From positions 26,138-90,137 of IMG/VR virus record IMGVR_UViG_2651869698_000005: a DNA stretch of 64,000 nucleotides; one strand, 5' to 3'. Every line of letters starts with the position of its first letter. The first letter of the stretch is position 1. Shown here one piece after another: positions 9,262 through 17,915 of the stretch. Source of the stretch: a virus (Duplodnaviria; Caudoviricetes). The notes beneath the pieces are model-generated. The model saw nothing but the letters and a program-made list of their open reading frames with translations. It was not told where the DNA came from and searched no databases. Position numbers and translations under genes: made by a program.

Positions 9262-9630
9262 TCAGCTGATGGTGATGCGGCGCTGCGAGGTCGAGATCGC
9301 TCCCTGATCCTGCAGTTCCTTGATCGCGCGGTTGAAGTCACGCGGGCTGATGTCGAGGGCGTCGCGGACCTGCTTGCGGTCGAACGTGCCTGTGCCGCGG
9401 GTGCGTAGCCCCTTGAGTACCTGGGCGCGCTGCTTCGAGTGCAGCTCGGAGTTGTCCGACTTCGGTGCGGCCGGCGCAGCGGGCTTGCTGAGCTTCGCAC
9501 CACCGAGCTTCGCGCCGCCGAGCTTTCGGCCGCCGAGCTTAGGGGCCGAGGGGCTCGACTTGCCGCCGTTACGGGCCTTGAGCGACTTCGAGATCGCAGC
9601 CTTGTGAGCTGCGGAGAGTGGCTTGCCCAT
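9262..9630 (-). CDS. Basic Lys/Gly-rich DNA-binding protein with a C-terminal winged-HTH-like region
   Basis: KLGG repeats; FDRKQVRDALDISPRDFNRAIKELQDQGAI. Confidence 0.6.
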   Translation of the reverse strand: MGKPLSAAHKAAISKSLKARNGGKSSPSAPKLGGRKLGGAKLGGAKLSKPAAPAAPKSDNSELHSKQRAQVLKGLRTRGTGTFDRKQVRDALDISPRDFNRAIKELQDQGAISTSQRRITIS

Positions 9631-9827
9631 CAGCGGCCCGGCTTCTTCGGAGCTGCCTTCTTAGGGGCCGCCTTCTTCGGTGCGGCCTTGCCGGCTGCGG
9701 CGATCTTGCCGGCCAGGAACGGCGGGAGATCAGCCTTACCGGCGGCGGGCTTCTTGCCGGCGGCTGCCTTCTTGGCGGCGGCGTTCTTTGCGAATGCGGG
9801 GGGCATGACGCCCTTTTTCGGAGCCAT
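9630..9827 (-). CDS. Histone H1-like Lys/Ala/Pro-rich protein
   Basis: MAPKKG...KAAPKKAAPKKAAPKK; GAGG RBS. Confidence 0.7.
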   Translation of the reverse strand: MAPKKGVMPPAFAKNAAAKKAAAGKKPAAGKADLPPFLAGKIAAAGKAAPKKAAPKKAAPKKPGR

Positions 9828-9884
9828 TGGGGTGTTCCTCTGTTTGGATTCGGCCAGCCGCCGAGACTGGCGGGGTAGGGGGAG

Positions 9885-9961
9885 TGGTTGCGGGAGCGGG
9901 GATCGAACCCGCGACATCCGGCGTATGAGACCGGCGCTCTGGCCGACTGAGCTATCCCGCG
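9885..9961 (-). tRNA. tRNA with CAT anticodon (Met, initiator-like acceptor stem)
   Basis: CGCGGGA...TCCCGCA-A-CCA with C1xA72 mismatch; CCGGT-CTCATAC-GCCGG. Confidence 0.9.
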
Positions 9962-10093
9962 ACGTGGATTCCCCGGTGTACTCCGCTGGGTAGCGCGCAG
10001 TCGGGCGCCGATGTCTCATTTGCGGGTTTGGCCCTGCGGCCGGGGAGAAAAGGGAGGGAGAGGATGTTGGTCAGACTCTCGCCTACGGTCGGG

Positions 10094-10137
10094 AGCCTAT
10101 CAGGATTGATGTGACGCCCTTGACTATTCGACCAACA
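10094..10137 (-). promoter_or_regulatory. Candidate late promoter with upstream motif TGTTGGTCGAATAGTCAA
   Basis: Extended -10 TGA-TAGGCT; the motif recurs at 19870-19888. Confidence 0.5.
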
Positions 10138-10145
10138 CGACAAAG

Positions 10146-10174
10146 GTGCCAGTCACATACCCGGTATGTAATCA
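10146..10174 (+). promoter_or_regulatory. Promoter with ACATAC-N3-GTATGT palindrome
   Basis: GTGCCA-17 nt-TAATCA just upstream of ATG 10183. Confidence 0.55.
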
Positions 10175-10182
10175 TCATCGAC

Positions 10183-10506
10183 ATGAGCCGATCCCGCACA
10201 CACAGAAGCAGCGACCTACCCGCCCTGTTCGTCATCGCGACCCTGTTCGGAATCGGCAGCTGGGTCTGGGCGAACCTAGCCGTGATCGGCTCAACCCTGG
10301 CCGTAACCCTGGCGGCCGCAATGATTCTCGCATTCTTCTACACCATCGGCCGATACGTCGAACGGCGAGAAGCAGAGCACCGACTCATTGCCGGCCGCGC
10401 CGACTACGAGGAGCGGCTACTCGCAGAAGGCGACATGGGCGGCATCTACGGAGTCCGATACCTGAATGACATGTCAACGCCGCCAGACGATTACCCGATG
10501 CGGTAG
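10183..10506 (+). CDS. Membrane protein (moron-like)
   Basis: Two hydrophobic segments, then a LIAGRADYEE...GIYG tail; opposite strand to the lytic genes. Confidence 0.7.
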   Translation: MSRSRTHRSSDLPALFVIATLFGIGSWVWANLAVIGSTLAVTLAAAMILAFFYTIGRYVERREAEHRLIAGRADYEERLLAEGDMGGIYGVRYLNDMSTPPDDYPMR

Positions 10507-10634
10507 TGTCAATACCCCTGACTGACACAGGGGGGGACGGCTACTTGTAGCTCTTGACCCGCCCGCTCAGCTTCGGCCCCTGCACCGTGGCTGAGATGGG
10601 TGGGTTCGGCGCGGATGCTTGCAACCAGCCGACA

Positions 10635-10671
10635 GAAAGGCCCCCCCTAGTGCGCTCAGGGGGGCCTTTTT
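10635..10671. terminator. Bidirectional intrinsic terminator
   Basis: AAAGGCCCCC...GGGGGCCTTTTT. Confidence 0.75.
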
Positions 10672-10704
10672 GCATTCAACTACCGGGTGACGCTTTAATG
10701 TGGC

Positions 10705-11100
10705 GTGCGAACAACAGCCCTATTCCGCGTAACGACGGCCGCTGCGGCGTGCGCGATGATCCTCGCCGGATGCTCCTCCGGTGACGACGAGGCGGCGACA
10801 TCGGCGGCTACGTCGGTGCAGAAGTGGTTCCCCCGTACCGCGACCGCAGCAGCCCCTGCCGTGCCGGCCGAGACGCCCGATGCTGCACCCGTCGAGGCTG
10901 TTTCGGGCGACGACAAGCAGGCTGACGTGTGCAATCAGGTCGCCGAGATCCGATCGTCGATGGCCCCGTTCAGTGACGGCGAGGTCTCCCAGCAGGAGGC
11001 GATCGAGGCGACGGTGAAGATGTATCAGGGCGCGGCGGTCGATGCGGGCGGTTCCGCAGCTGACGTCGCCGAGGCCGTCGAGCTGGCCGGCAACTGCTAA
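10705..11100 (+). CDS. Lipoprotein
   Basis: Signal peptide with lipobox ILAG-C; two further Cys. Confidence 0.75.
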   Translation: MRTTALFRVTTAAAACAMILAGCSSGDDEAATSAATSVQKWFPRTATAAAPAVPAETPDAAPVEAVSGDDKQADVCNQVAEIRSSMAPFSDGEVSQQEAIEATVKMYQGAAVDAGGSAADVAEAVELAGNC

Positions 11101-11837
11101 GCGGCTTCGGCTACCGCTGACGCCTTATGTAGGGCGATGACGTCGCCGATGCGGTACATCGTCTCGCCGCCGGATCTGATGCCGGTGATCTTGCCTCGCT
11201 CGGCCCACTTGCGGATCGCTGACGCCTTGATCGGTCGGCCGGCGAAGTGGGGCAGGAACTTTTCGAGCTGGTACGGGGTGGCGACGTAGTCTTTCGCGGC
11301 CGCCAGTATGTCCTCGCGGGATTCGTCGACCGAGTACTTCGTCCCGCACGTACGGCACGACGTCGTCTCGGAGTCCTTGATGGCGTACAGGCCTCGGTCG
11401 CACTTGTTGCAGTGGCCGACGTAGACCCGCTCGAGGGGGCTGTCGATCGCCCGGCGAGCTTTGTCGGCTGCTCCCACGATCGCCGAGTAGATACCCTCGA
11501 TCGACGGCGCATCGTCAGCAATGGACGGCAGGTGCCGGAACAGGAACTGCGACTTCGCCGCTGGGGTCTCGGGGGCCTTCTCGCCGACGACGATCGCGAC
11601 CCGCAGGGCGTAGACCCGCAGAGCTTTCTCGAACGCGATCCGTACGTCCGACGCTGACTGATTGAACGGTACGACGCGGACGGTGTGGCCGGAGGAGCCT
11701 AGTCGCTCGGGGGCCATGCTGTCGGTGCGGGTGATCGTGATGTCGAGATCCTCGAGCCGGTCGGGTGCCTGCTCGAGGATCTTCATCAGGGTGCGGCGCT
11801 GCAGCTTGTCGAGGACTCCCGATGCAGGAGCGGTCAT
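11097..11837 (-). CDS. Zn-ribbon plus HTH DNA-binding protein (candidate late activator)
   Basis: CNKC...CRTC and C-terminal AIRKWAERGKI...YRIGDV; last gene of the leftward middle operon. Confidence 0.75.
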   Translation of the reverse strand: MTAPASGVLDKLQRRTLMKILEQAPDRLEDLDITITRTDSMAPERLGSSGHTVRVVPFNQSASDVRIAFEKALRVYALRVAIVVGEKAPETPAAKSQFLFRHLPSIADDAPSIEGIYSAIVGAADKARRAIDSPLERVYVGHCNKCDRGLYAIKDSETTSCRTCGTKYSVDESREDILAAAKDYVATPYQLEKFLPHFAGRPIKASAIRKWAERGKITGIRSGGETMYRIGDVIALHKASAVAEAA

Positions 11838-12016
11838 CTGGCCGGTGTACCTACGGTCTTGAACTTGACGTACCCGGCGCGCTGCAGGGCCATGATGACC
11901 GAGTGAGCTCGATCGAACTCCGACGGTTTGACGTTCGGGTGAACGGTCATCTCGGCGGAGCGGAGGGTCTGCATCACGTTGAGGATCGCGTCCCCGCGGG
12001 TTCTGTTGCCGGCCAT
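11834..12016 (-). CDS. Hypothetical protein
   Basis: 60 aa, coupled to the next gene. Confidence 0.55.
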   Translation of the reverse strand: MAGNRTRGDAILNVMQTLRSAEMTVHPNVKPSEFDRAHSVIMALQRAGYVKFKTVGTPAR

Positions 12017-12022
12017 GCCTGT

Positions 12023-12769
12023 CTATCCCTTTCGGAGACTGTCCCGGTGCGCTGCTGTGACGACGGCGAGATCGTCGCCGATGAGCGCGCCCCTGACGGA
12101 ACGTGTGGTGGTTTCGGCGTTCGCTTCCTGAACGCCTCTGATCGTCATGCACTGATGCGACGCGGTGATGATGACACACGCCCACATCGGATTGAGCTTG
12201 TCAACCAACGCGGAAACGATCTGATCGCCGATGCGTTCCTGTACCTGCAGGCGGCGTGCGTAGCCGTCGACGAGGCGGGCGAGCTTGGACAGTCCGACGA
12301 CGTTCTGGCCGGGTGCTGCGCGGTAGGCGACGGTGGCGTAGCCGGTGAACGGAAGCAGGTGGTGTGCGCAGGTGGAGATCAGCCGGATGCCCGAAACGAT
12401 CACCGGGCCAGGCTCGTTCGGTGCCGAGAAGGTCTTTTCGAGGTGGATGGACGGATCCTCGCCGTAGCCCTTGAGCATGGTGGTCCATGCCTTGGCGACG
12501 CGGTTGGGGGTGTCGGCGGTGTGGTCGCCTTCGTCGATGTTGAAGGCGGCGAGGAGATCTCCGACGGCGGCGGCTGCGGCCTGCAGGTTGCTGGTGTACT
12601 CGGCCTGTGCGTCCTGCGCTGCGACCGCGTCCCGCGCTGCGAGTGCGGCGCGCTCGAGCTCGGCTTCGGCGTCGGCCTGGTCCATGACGCGGGCTGCCTC
12701 CTCGTAGGAGATGGGGCCGCGGAGCTTCGGCTGCGGGTCGGTGATCAGGTAGCCGGCGGGTGCGGTCAT
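12023..12769 (-). CDS. folE: GTP cyclohydrolase I
   Basis: TPNRVAK, CAHHLLPF, GLSKLARL, RLQVQER, HQCMTIRG. Confidence 0.95.
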   Translation of the reverse strand: MTAPAGYLITDPQPKLRGPISYEEAARVMDQADAEAELERAALAARDAVAAQDAQAEYTSNLQAAAAAVGDLLAAFNIDEGDHTADTPNRVAKAWTTMLKGYGEDPSIHLEKTFSAPNEPGPVIVSGIRLISTCAHHLLPFTGYATVAYRAAPGQNVVGLSKLARLVDGYARRLQVQERIGDQIVSALVDKLNPMWACVIITASHQCMTIRGVQEANAETTTRSVRGALIGDDLAVVTAAHRDSLRKG

Positions 12770-12771
12770 GG

Positions 12772-13554
12772 TCAGGTTCCTTTCACGTCGCCGAAGGCGA
12801 GGACGTGGATGCGATGGGTGGCGTTGATGTGGAGATCTGCTGCTGTGCGGGCGATCTCGGGCCAGCGGGCCTGTAGTTCTTCGGTGCTGGTGCCGAGGGG
12901 CATCACCCAGGTCTGCGAGAGCGGCCAGTTGTGGTCGTTGGCGTAGTCGACGGCCTGGCGGACATCGTCGGCGTCGGCGACGACGAACTTGAGGGCGGCG
13001 TTGCGCTGCAGCGGCCAGCGGGCGTGGCCGGGAGCGGGGTCGGAGTTGACGAATGCGGACCACAGCGGGGTCAGGGCGGCGTTGCGGCCGCGGTGATCTC
13101 CCGCGTTCGCCAGCTTCGGGGAGATCGAGGCATGGTCGACGTAGCGGCGGGTGACCGCGTTCGGGAAGATCGTGCCGTTCGTTTCGAGCTGGATCTCGCA
13201 GCCCTTCTCGGCGAGGCCCTTGAGCACGTACTCCCATGCCGGCCGACCCTGATGCAGGAGCGGTTCGCCGCCGGAGATGACCATGATGACGCCGGGCAGG
13301 GCGTCGTCGACGATCTGCTGCGCGGTCTTCGGCGGGCATTCGGCCTTGATGTCGAACCGTGTCGTGTCCCAGGTGTAGGGGGTGTCACACCAGCTGCAGG
13401 AGAGGTTGCACAGGCCGAAGCGCACGAACTGGACGAGGCGGCCGGCGAGGGGGCCTTCGCCCTGGATGGTGGGGCCGAACTGCTCGGACGTCGGGAGCGT
13501 CTGGCTGCCGGGGTTGTACCGGCGGAGTTCGAGTCCGAGGTCGACGGCGGTCAC
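12772..13554 (-). CDS. queE: 7-carboxy-7-deazaguanine synthase (radical SAM)
   Basis: TIQGEG, CNLSCSWCDT, SGGEP, ETNG, SPK. Confidence 0.95.
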   Translation of the reverse strand: MTAVDLGLELRRYNPGSQTLPTSEQFGPTIQGEGPLAGRLVQFVRFGLCNLSCSWCDTPYTWDTTRFDIKAECPPKTAQQIVDDALPGVIMVISGGEPLLHQGRPAWEYVLKGLAEKGCEIQLETNGTIFPNAVTRRYVDHASISPKLANAGDHRGRNAALTPLWSAFVNSDPAPGHARWPLQRNAALKFVVADADDVRQAVDYANDHNWPLSQTWVMPLGTSTEELQARWPEIARTAADLHINATHRIHVLAFGDVKGT

Positions 13555-13967
13555 CGGACCCACGTCGCTGCGTTGACTCGGGTCTCCTGGACGTGGCACT
13601 TCACGAGCTCGAGGTCGGGCAGAAGGAAGACGGCGATGTCGGCCAGCTTCTCCGCCAGCGCCTCGGTCGTCGGATGATCCTCGAGGAACAGCACTTTCAT
13701 GCCGTGCTCCTCGAGGAATTCGCCGACGAAGTCACCCCGCTTGACCACGAACCCGTGGTCGAGGTGCTCGTCGACCCAACCTCGCAGCTCGGACTTGATA
13801 TTCGAGAACTCGGCACCGTTGCCGGCCGCGACGTCGGGGACCGCGAAGGTCCACTCGATCCAGAAGCTGTGGCCGTGGACGTTGCCGCACTTCGCGCCGC
13901 CGCCGGGCAGGCCGGGGATGCGGTGGGCGGTCTCGGCGTTATGGGAAACCGTTATTTGGAGTGTCAC
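13551..13967 (-). CDS. queD: 6-carboxytetrahydropterin synthase
   Basis: AH...KCGNVHGHS, LDHG, PTTE, ET motifs. Confidence 0.93.
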   Translation of the reverse strand: MTLQITVSHNAETAHRIPGLPGGGAKCGNVHGHSFWIEWTFAVPDVAAGNGAEFSNIKSELRGWVDEHLDHGFVVKRGDFVGEFLEEHGMKVLFLEDHPTTEALAEKLADIAVFLLPDLELVKCHVQETRVNAATWVR

Positions 13968-14568
13968 TCTTGCGTGAATCCTCTCGCTTATGGAGTGCCC
14001 GATGACATGTCTCGTGCAGCGTCAGGCCGTTGTCGACGTCATATCGGGCTTCGGGGTGTGTCGCCCACCGGAGGATGTGGTGGGCGTGGAGATGACCGCC
14101 ACGCTGGCCGCATTCACGGCAGGTGTAGTCGTCTCGCTGAAAGACTGCGGTGCGCCAATCTTTGTAGCGGTGATCGGCGTTGTGCTTGTCACGCTGGGGC
14201 TTGCGGGGTACGTCGACCCATCGCTCGCGGTTACCGTTGCGACGTTTGGCGCGTTCCTCTTCGGCGCGGTCGCCGTAGCGTTCCTCGTAGGATCCTGAGA
14301 CGCCCGCTCCGATGGCGGCGCGATGCTCGGCGGATAGAGTCTTGCCTTCCATCCATTTGCCGTAGCCGCCAGCAATGGCTCGGTCGGATCGGCGCTGACG
14401 CTCATCAGGGTCGTTACCGGCCTTGATGGACGCCTCGCGAACCTTCTCGATCGTCTCGGGTGAGAGCTTCTTACCGGTCATCCACTTGCCGTAACCGCGC
14501 TCTAATGCGATGCGGCGCATCTTCTCTCGGTATTCGGCGAGCTTCTCAGGATCCTTGGGAGGCGGCAT
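13939..14568 (-). CDS. HNH homing endonuclease with NUMOD3-like repeats
   Basis: Two GYGKWMxGK repeats; RDDYTCRECG...HAHHI...NGLTLHETCH. Confidence 0.85.
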   Translation of the reverse strand: MPPPKDPEKLAEYREKMRRIALERGYGKWMTGKKLSPETIEKVREASIKAGNDPDERQRRSDRAIAGGYGKWMEGKTLSAEHRAAIGAGVSGSYEERYGDRAEEERAKRRNGNRERWVDVPRKPQRDKHNADHRYKDWRTAVFQRDDYTCRECGQRGGHLHAHHILRWATHPEARYDVDNGLTLHETCHRALHKREDSRKSDTPNNGFP

Positions 14569-14578
14569 GTCTCAGTAT

Positions 14579-15292
14579 CTAGCGGCCCTTCTCTTCGATC
14601 ACGTCGCGCCAGAACTGCGGATCCTTGTACACAGTCGGATCGGTGACGCCAGCTTCATCGAAGGCGGCCGCGCGCTCGACGCAGGTGCCGCAGCGGCCGC
14701 AGTGGCCGGCAGCGTCGCCCTCGTAGCAGGACCAGGTCAGGGCGTAGGGGACGCCGAGCTTGAAGCCGAGGGCGGCGATCTGGGCTTTGGTGATGGCGAC
14801 GAAGGGGGCGACGATCTCGACGCCGCAGCCGAGCTGGGAGGCCTCGGAGATCGCGGTGATGAACTCGGGGCGGCAGTCGGCGTAGACGGCGTGGTCGCCT
14901 GCGTGAACGGCCGTCACGACCGAGGTGTGGCCGCGGCTGGCTGCGATGCCGGCTGCTGCCATCAGCATGGTGGCGTTGCGGTTCGGTACGACGGTGATCG
15001 CCATGTTGTCGTCGGCGTAGTGGCCGTGCGGGACGTCGACCTCGTCGCGGGTCAGCGCGGACTTGACCGATGCGCCGAACGTGGTGAGGTCGAGGCGTGT
15101 CAGGGGTACGCCGTAGTGTGCGGCGACCTTCTGAGCGGACTGGTACTCGACGATGTGCCGCTGACCGTAGTCGACGAAGACGGCGGAGGCTTCGACGATG
15201 CGATCGGGGTCGTTGGGGTCGATGAGCGCGTTGGCGAGCGCAGTGGAGGAGTCCATGCCGCCGGAGAGCAGGACGAGGGGTGAGTACGTCAC
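14579..15292 (-). CDS. queC: 7-cyano-7-deazaguanine (preQ0) synthase
   Basis: SGGMDS, YGQRH, VPNRN, YADCRPEF, TWSCY...CGRCGTC. Confidence 0.95.
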   Translation of the reverse strand: MTYSPLVLLSGGMDSSTALANALIDPNDPDRIVEASAVFVDYGQRHIVEYQSAQKVAAHYGVPLTRLDLTTFGASVKSALTRDEVDVPHGHYADDNMAITVVPNRNATMLMAAAGIAASRGHTSVVTAVHAGDHAVYADCRPEFITAISEASQLGCGVEIVAPFVAITKAQIAALGFKLGVPYALTWSCYEGDAAGHCGRCGTCVERAAAFDEAGVTDPTVYKDPQFWRDVIEEKGR

Positions 15293-15411
15293 GGTGTGGG
15301 GCCTTTCGGGGCGTAGGCGTCCGCGTAGGCGGCTGCCAGGGGCGTGTGAGTGGCGCTGATTGCGATCAGACCGGCCATCACGGCCCGGCCGATACGTCTG
15401 AGTAGGGTCAC
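15289..15411 (-). CDS. Small hydrophobic peptide (40 aa)
   Basis: GTGA-coupled at both ends; MTLLRRIGRAVMAGLIAISA... Confidence 0.45.
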   Translation of the reverse strand: MTLLRRIGRAVMAGLIAISATHTPLAAAYADAYAPKGPTP

Positions 15412-16586
15412 GCGGATCTCTCCTCGAGGAGGCCTGTCAGGCCGTTCGTTTCGGTGTCGCGGGCAGTGGTCGCCAGGTGCATGTGTGGGCCGTTGGCGTC
15501 ACGGGCGCGTTCGAGGTCTTCGGCGGCCGACGATGCGAGGTGCAGGTGCGGGCCGTCCTCCTGGCGGACCATCGGGGCGATGACCTCACCCTGATCGGAC
15601 TTGATCGCCATGTGCTGGTGCGGGCCAGCCTCGGCGGACATCTGCTCGAGGTACGGGGTCGCCGTCGATGCCATGTGCATGTGCGGGCCGTCGACCTTCT
15701 TGTCGGCGAGGAAGTCGAGCTGCGTGTTACCCGACGCCCCAGCGACGATGTGCTGATGCGGCCCATCAGCCGGGGTCGGTACGGGCGCGTCGACGAGGAT
15801 CCGAGATCCCCAAACCGGCGCGGAGATAACAGGATGCATCTTGCGCATACGCATCTCGGCCACCGACGCCGACAGCGCGCAGGCCCGGACTACATCGGCC
15901 CTATTCGCGCCCGACGAGGTAGCGATCGCCGACGGGTTGATGCCGTAGTGATCACGCAGGATCCGCGCGGGCTCGGGATGGTAGGCATCCTTGCCGTTGA
16001 GGGCGATCTTGATGTCCCGCTTCGACGTCGGGTCGGAGACGGTGAGGCGGCCGAACATCATGCCGGCCGCCCAGCCACTCGAGTCGACGGAGAAGAACGG
16101 GGCGCGGATCAGCTGCGGGGCGGTGACACCCCAGCCGTGGAAGCGCATCGCCGGCCAGTTGTCGCGGGCGTACCGCATGACCTGGACGATCCAGCGGAGC
16201 AGCTTGTCCTTCGACGACTTGTGGCCGACCATGCCGCCGAGCCCGACGAAGTCGACGCCACGCTGACCGTAGTAGTCGAGATCGGTCGGGGGAGCGCCGA
16301 AGTGGATCGTCGGGACGGCTTCGATGCCGTGGATGTCGACCAGCTCGTGCCAGTTCTTTCGGGTGCCGGCCGCGTCGCCGATGACGTCGAGGGAGGCGAC
16401 CCAGGCGAGGCGGTGCGACCATTGGCGGGCCCAGCCTGCGAGATCTTTCGGGGTGATGGTGACGCCCTGGCTGGCGGCCGAGAAGGCACCGGAGTCGCCG
16501 ATCAGACGGAGGCCGGCAAGCCGATCGAGGTTGTACTTGGAGAAGTAGTGGAACGAGACCAGTGCGTTCCTCGGTGCCGGGATCAC
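15408..16586 (-). CDS. DpdA-like deazaguanine DNA transglycosylase (TGT fold) with C-terminal repeats
   Basis: DSGAFS, LDVIG, GLGG, FHGWG, SVDSSGW; adjacent to queC. Confidence 0.8.
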   Translation of the reverse strand: MIPAPRNALVSFHYFSKYNLDRLAGLRLIGDSGAFSAASQGVTITPKDLAGWARQWSHRLAWVASLDVIGDAAGTRKNWHELVDIHGIEAVPTIHFGAPPTDLDYYGQRGVDFVGLGGMVGHKSSKDKLLRWIVQVMRYARDNWPAMRFHGWGVTAPQLIRAPFFSVDSSGWAAGMMFGRLTVSDPTSKRDIKIALNGKDAYHPEPARILRDHYGINPSAIATSSGANRADVVRACALSASVAEMRMRKMHPVISAPVWGSRILVDAPVPTPADGPHQHIVAGASGNTQLDFLADKKVDGPHMHMASTATPYLEQMSAEAGPHQHMAIKSDQGEVIAPMVRQEDGPHLHLASSAAEDLERARDANGPHMHLATTARDTETNGLTGLLEERSA

Positions 16587-17170
16587 TGCTCGAGGAGACT
16601 CAGGAGCGCGCTGTCGTCGTCCGAGTAGTTCTTGCGGTGATCGGTCCAGGCCCGCTTGGTGTCGGGGTCGATCTTGAACGAGAGGTTGACCAGCGCGTCC
16701 TCTTCGGTGGGGTCGCCGACTTCGTCGAGCAGATCGTCGAGTGACGGTGCGCCGCCGACGATCTCCTCGAGGGCGGTGATGTCGCCCTGGTCGTAGCCGG
16801 TGCCGTCGAGATCGGGCAGATCGGCGAGCAGCTCGAGGAGCAGCCGGTCGTCGAACGAGCCCTTCTCGGAGGACCGGTTGTCGATCAGGACGATGCGATC
16901 GGCGCGGTCGTCGTCGACGTCGACGAAGTGGATGAGCGGGTTCTGCCACTTGTCCTCGTCGGGGAAGTTCTCGGCCAGATCACGCAGGGCCTTGAGGGTG
17001 TGGTTGCCCTTGAGCACCTCGTTCGGGCGGCCGGTGTAGGTGCCCTTGTTGACGACGATCGGCACGTACTGGCCGTTGGCGCGGAGGCTGGCGTAGATGG
17101 CGGCGACGTCGCCCTTGCGGGGGTTCTTGTGGAAGAGGTTGAGGTCGGAGATCGGCAGGGTCTCGGGCAT
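16583..17170 (-). CDS. ParB/Srx-like N-terminal domain protein
   Basis: NPRKGDV...SLRANGQYVPIVV...VLKGNHT...DNR. Confidence 0.85.
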   Translation of the reverse strand: MPETLPISDLNLFHKNPRKGDVAAIYASLRANGQYVPIVVNKGTYTGRPNEVLKGNHTLKALRDLAENFPDEDKWQNPLIHFVDVDDDRADRIVLIDNRSSEKGSFDDRLLLELLADLPDLDGTGYDQGDITALEEIVGGAPSLDDLLDEVGDPTEEDALVNLSFKIDPDTKRAWTDHRKNYSDDDSALLSLLEQ

Positions 17171-17184
17171 CAGGGGTGGGTTCC

Positions 17185-17706
17185 TTACGGGTAGACGGTG
17201 CGCAGGAAGTCGTGCTGCACCTTGAGATGTCGGGCGTCGGCGAGGGCGTTGTGGAGGCCGGCGGGCTGCTTGGGGAGTACGGGGTTGCCGAGGCGGTGCT
17301 GCTCTTGGCGGAGGTCGTTGGTCCACATCGGGACGAAGTCGGGGAGGTCGAGCATCGTGCCGAACAGTTGCGCGAGGGCGATGTGGTCGTACGCGCCGTA
17401 CCAGGCCCAGAGTTCGGGGCCGCCGCGTACGTGGATGCGTGGCCCTTCGGGGGTGCTGATCTCGGCGAGCGGGGCGAGGAACAGCTGAACCTCTTGCGCG
17501 ATCCAGTACTTCGGGGTGCCGTACTGCTTGAGGTCGAGCTGCGGGACGACATTGTCGGCGAGCCATTGGTGGCGGTTGATGCGGTCGTAGTCGGCGTCGA
17601 GGTTCTCGGCGTAGTACTCGCGGCCGTCTTCGGCGACGATGCCGATGGAGATCAGCTCGATCGTGCGGCCGTCCTCGAGGAACTCGGTGTCGTACCAGTA
17701 CCGCAT
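17185..17706 (-). CDS. DEDD 3'-5' exoribonuclease (Rv2179c-like)
   Basis: YDTEF, LISIGIV, AYDH, HNALADA. Confidence 0.85.
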   Translation of the reverse strand: MRYWYDTEFLEDGRTIELISIGIVAEDGREYYAENLDADYDRINRHQWLADNVVPQLDLKQYGTPKYWIAQEVQLFLAPLAEISTPEGPRIHVRGGPELWAWYGAYDHIALAQLFGTMLDLPDFVPMWTNDLRQEQHRLGNPVLPKQPAGLHNALADARHLKVQHDFLRTVYP

Positions 17707-17915
17707 CAGGTCCGCCGCTTGCGTCGATCAACGAAGTCGAGGATCGCCAGGCCGACCGAGGCGGTCAGCTTGACCGATGCCCAGAGGATGAAGATGACGG
17801 CCGGCACGACCCACAGGGGCGCGGTGACGGCCCACCAGGACCAGTCGACGAAGCCGGTCAGCTTGAGCACGAGAAAGATCAGGAACAGGGGTGTGGTGAG
17901 GCCGATTCGCATCAT
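17706..17915 (-). CDS. Membrane protein
   Basis: FLVLKLTGFVDWSWWAVTAPLW motif. Confidence 0.75.
   Translation of the reverse strand: MMRIGLTTPLFLIFLVLKLTGFVDWSWWAVTAPLWVVPAVIFILWASVKLTASVGLAILDFVDRRKRRT

Noticed and set aside
12023-17731. Arg-rich N-terminal extensions in the ORF track suggesting fused genes (folE 438 aa, DpdA-like 513 aa, ParB-like 382 aa)
   Set aside because: The extensions overlap upstream genes in another frame; the true starts are internal and coupled.
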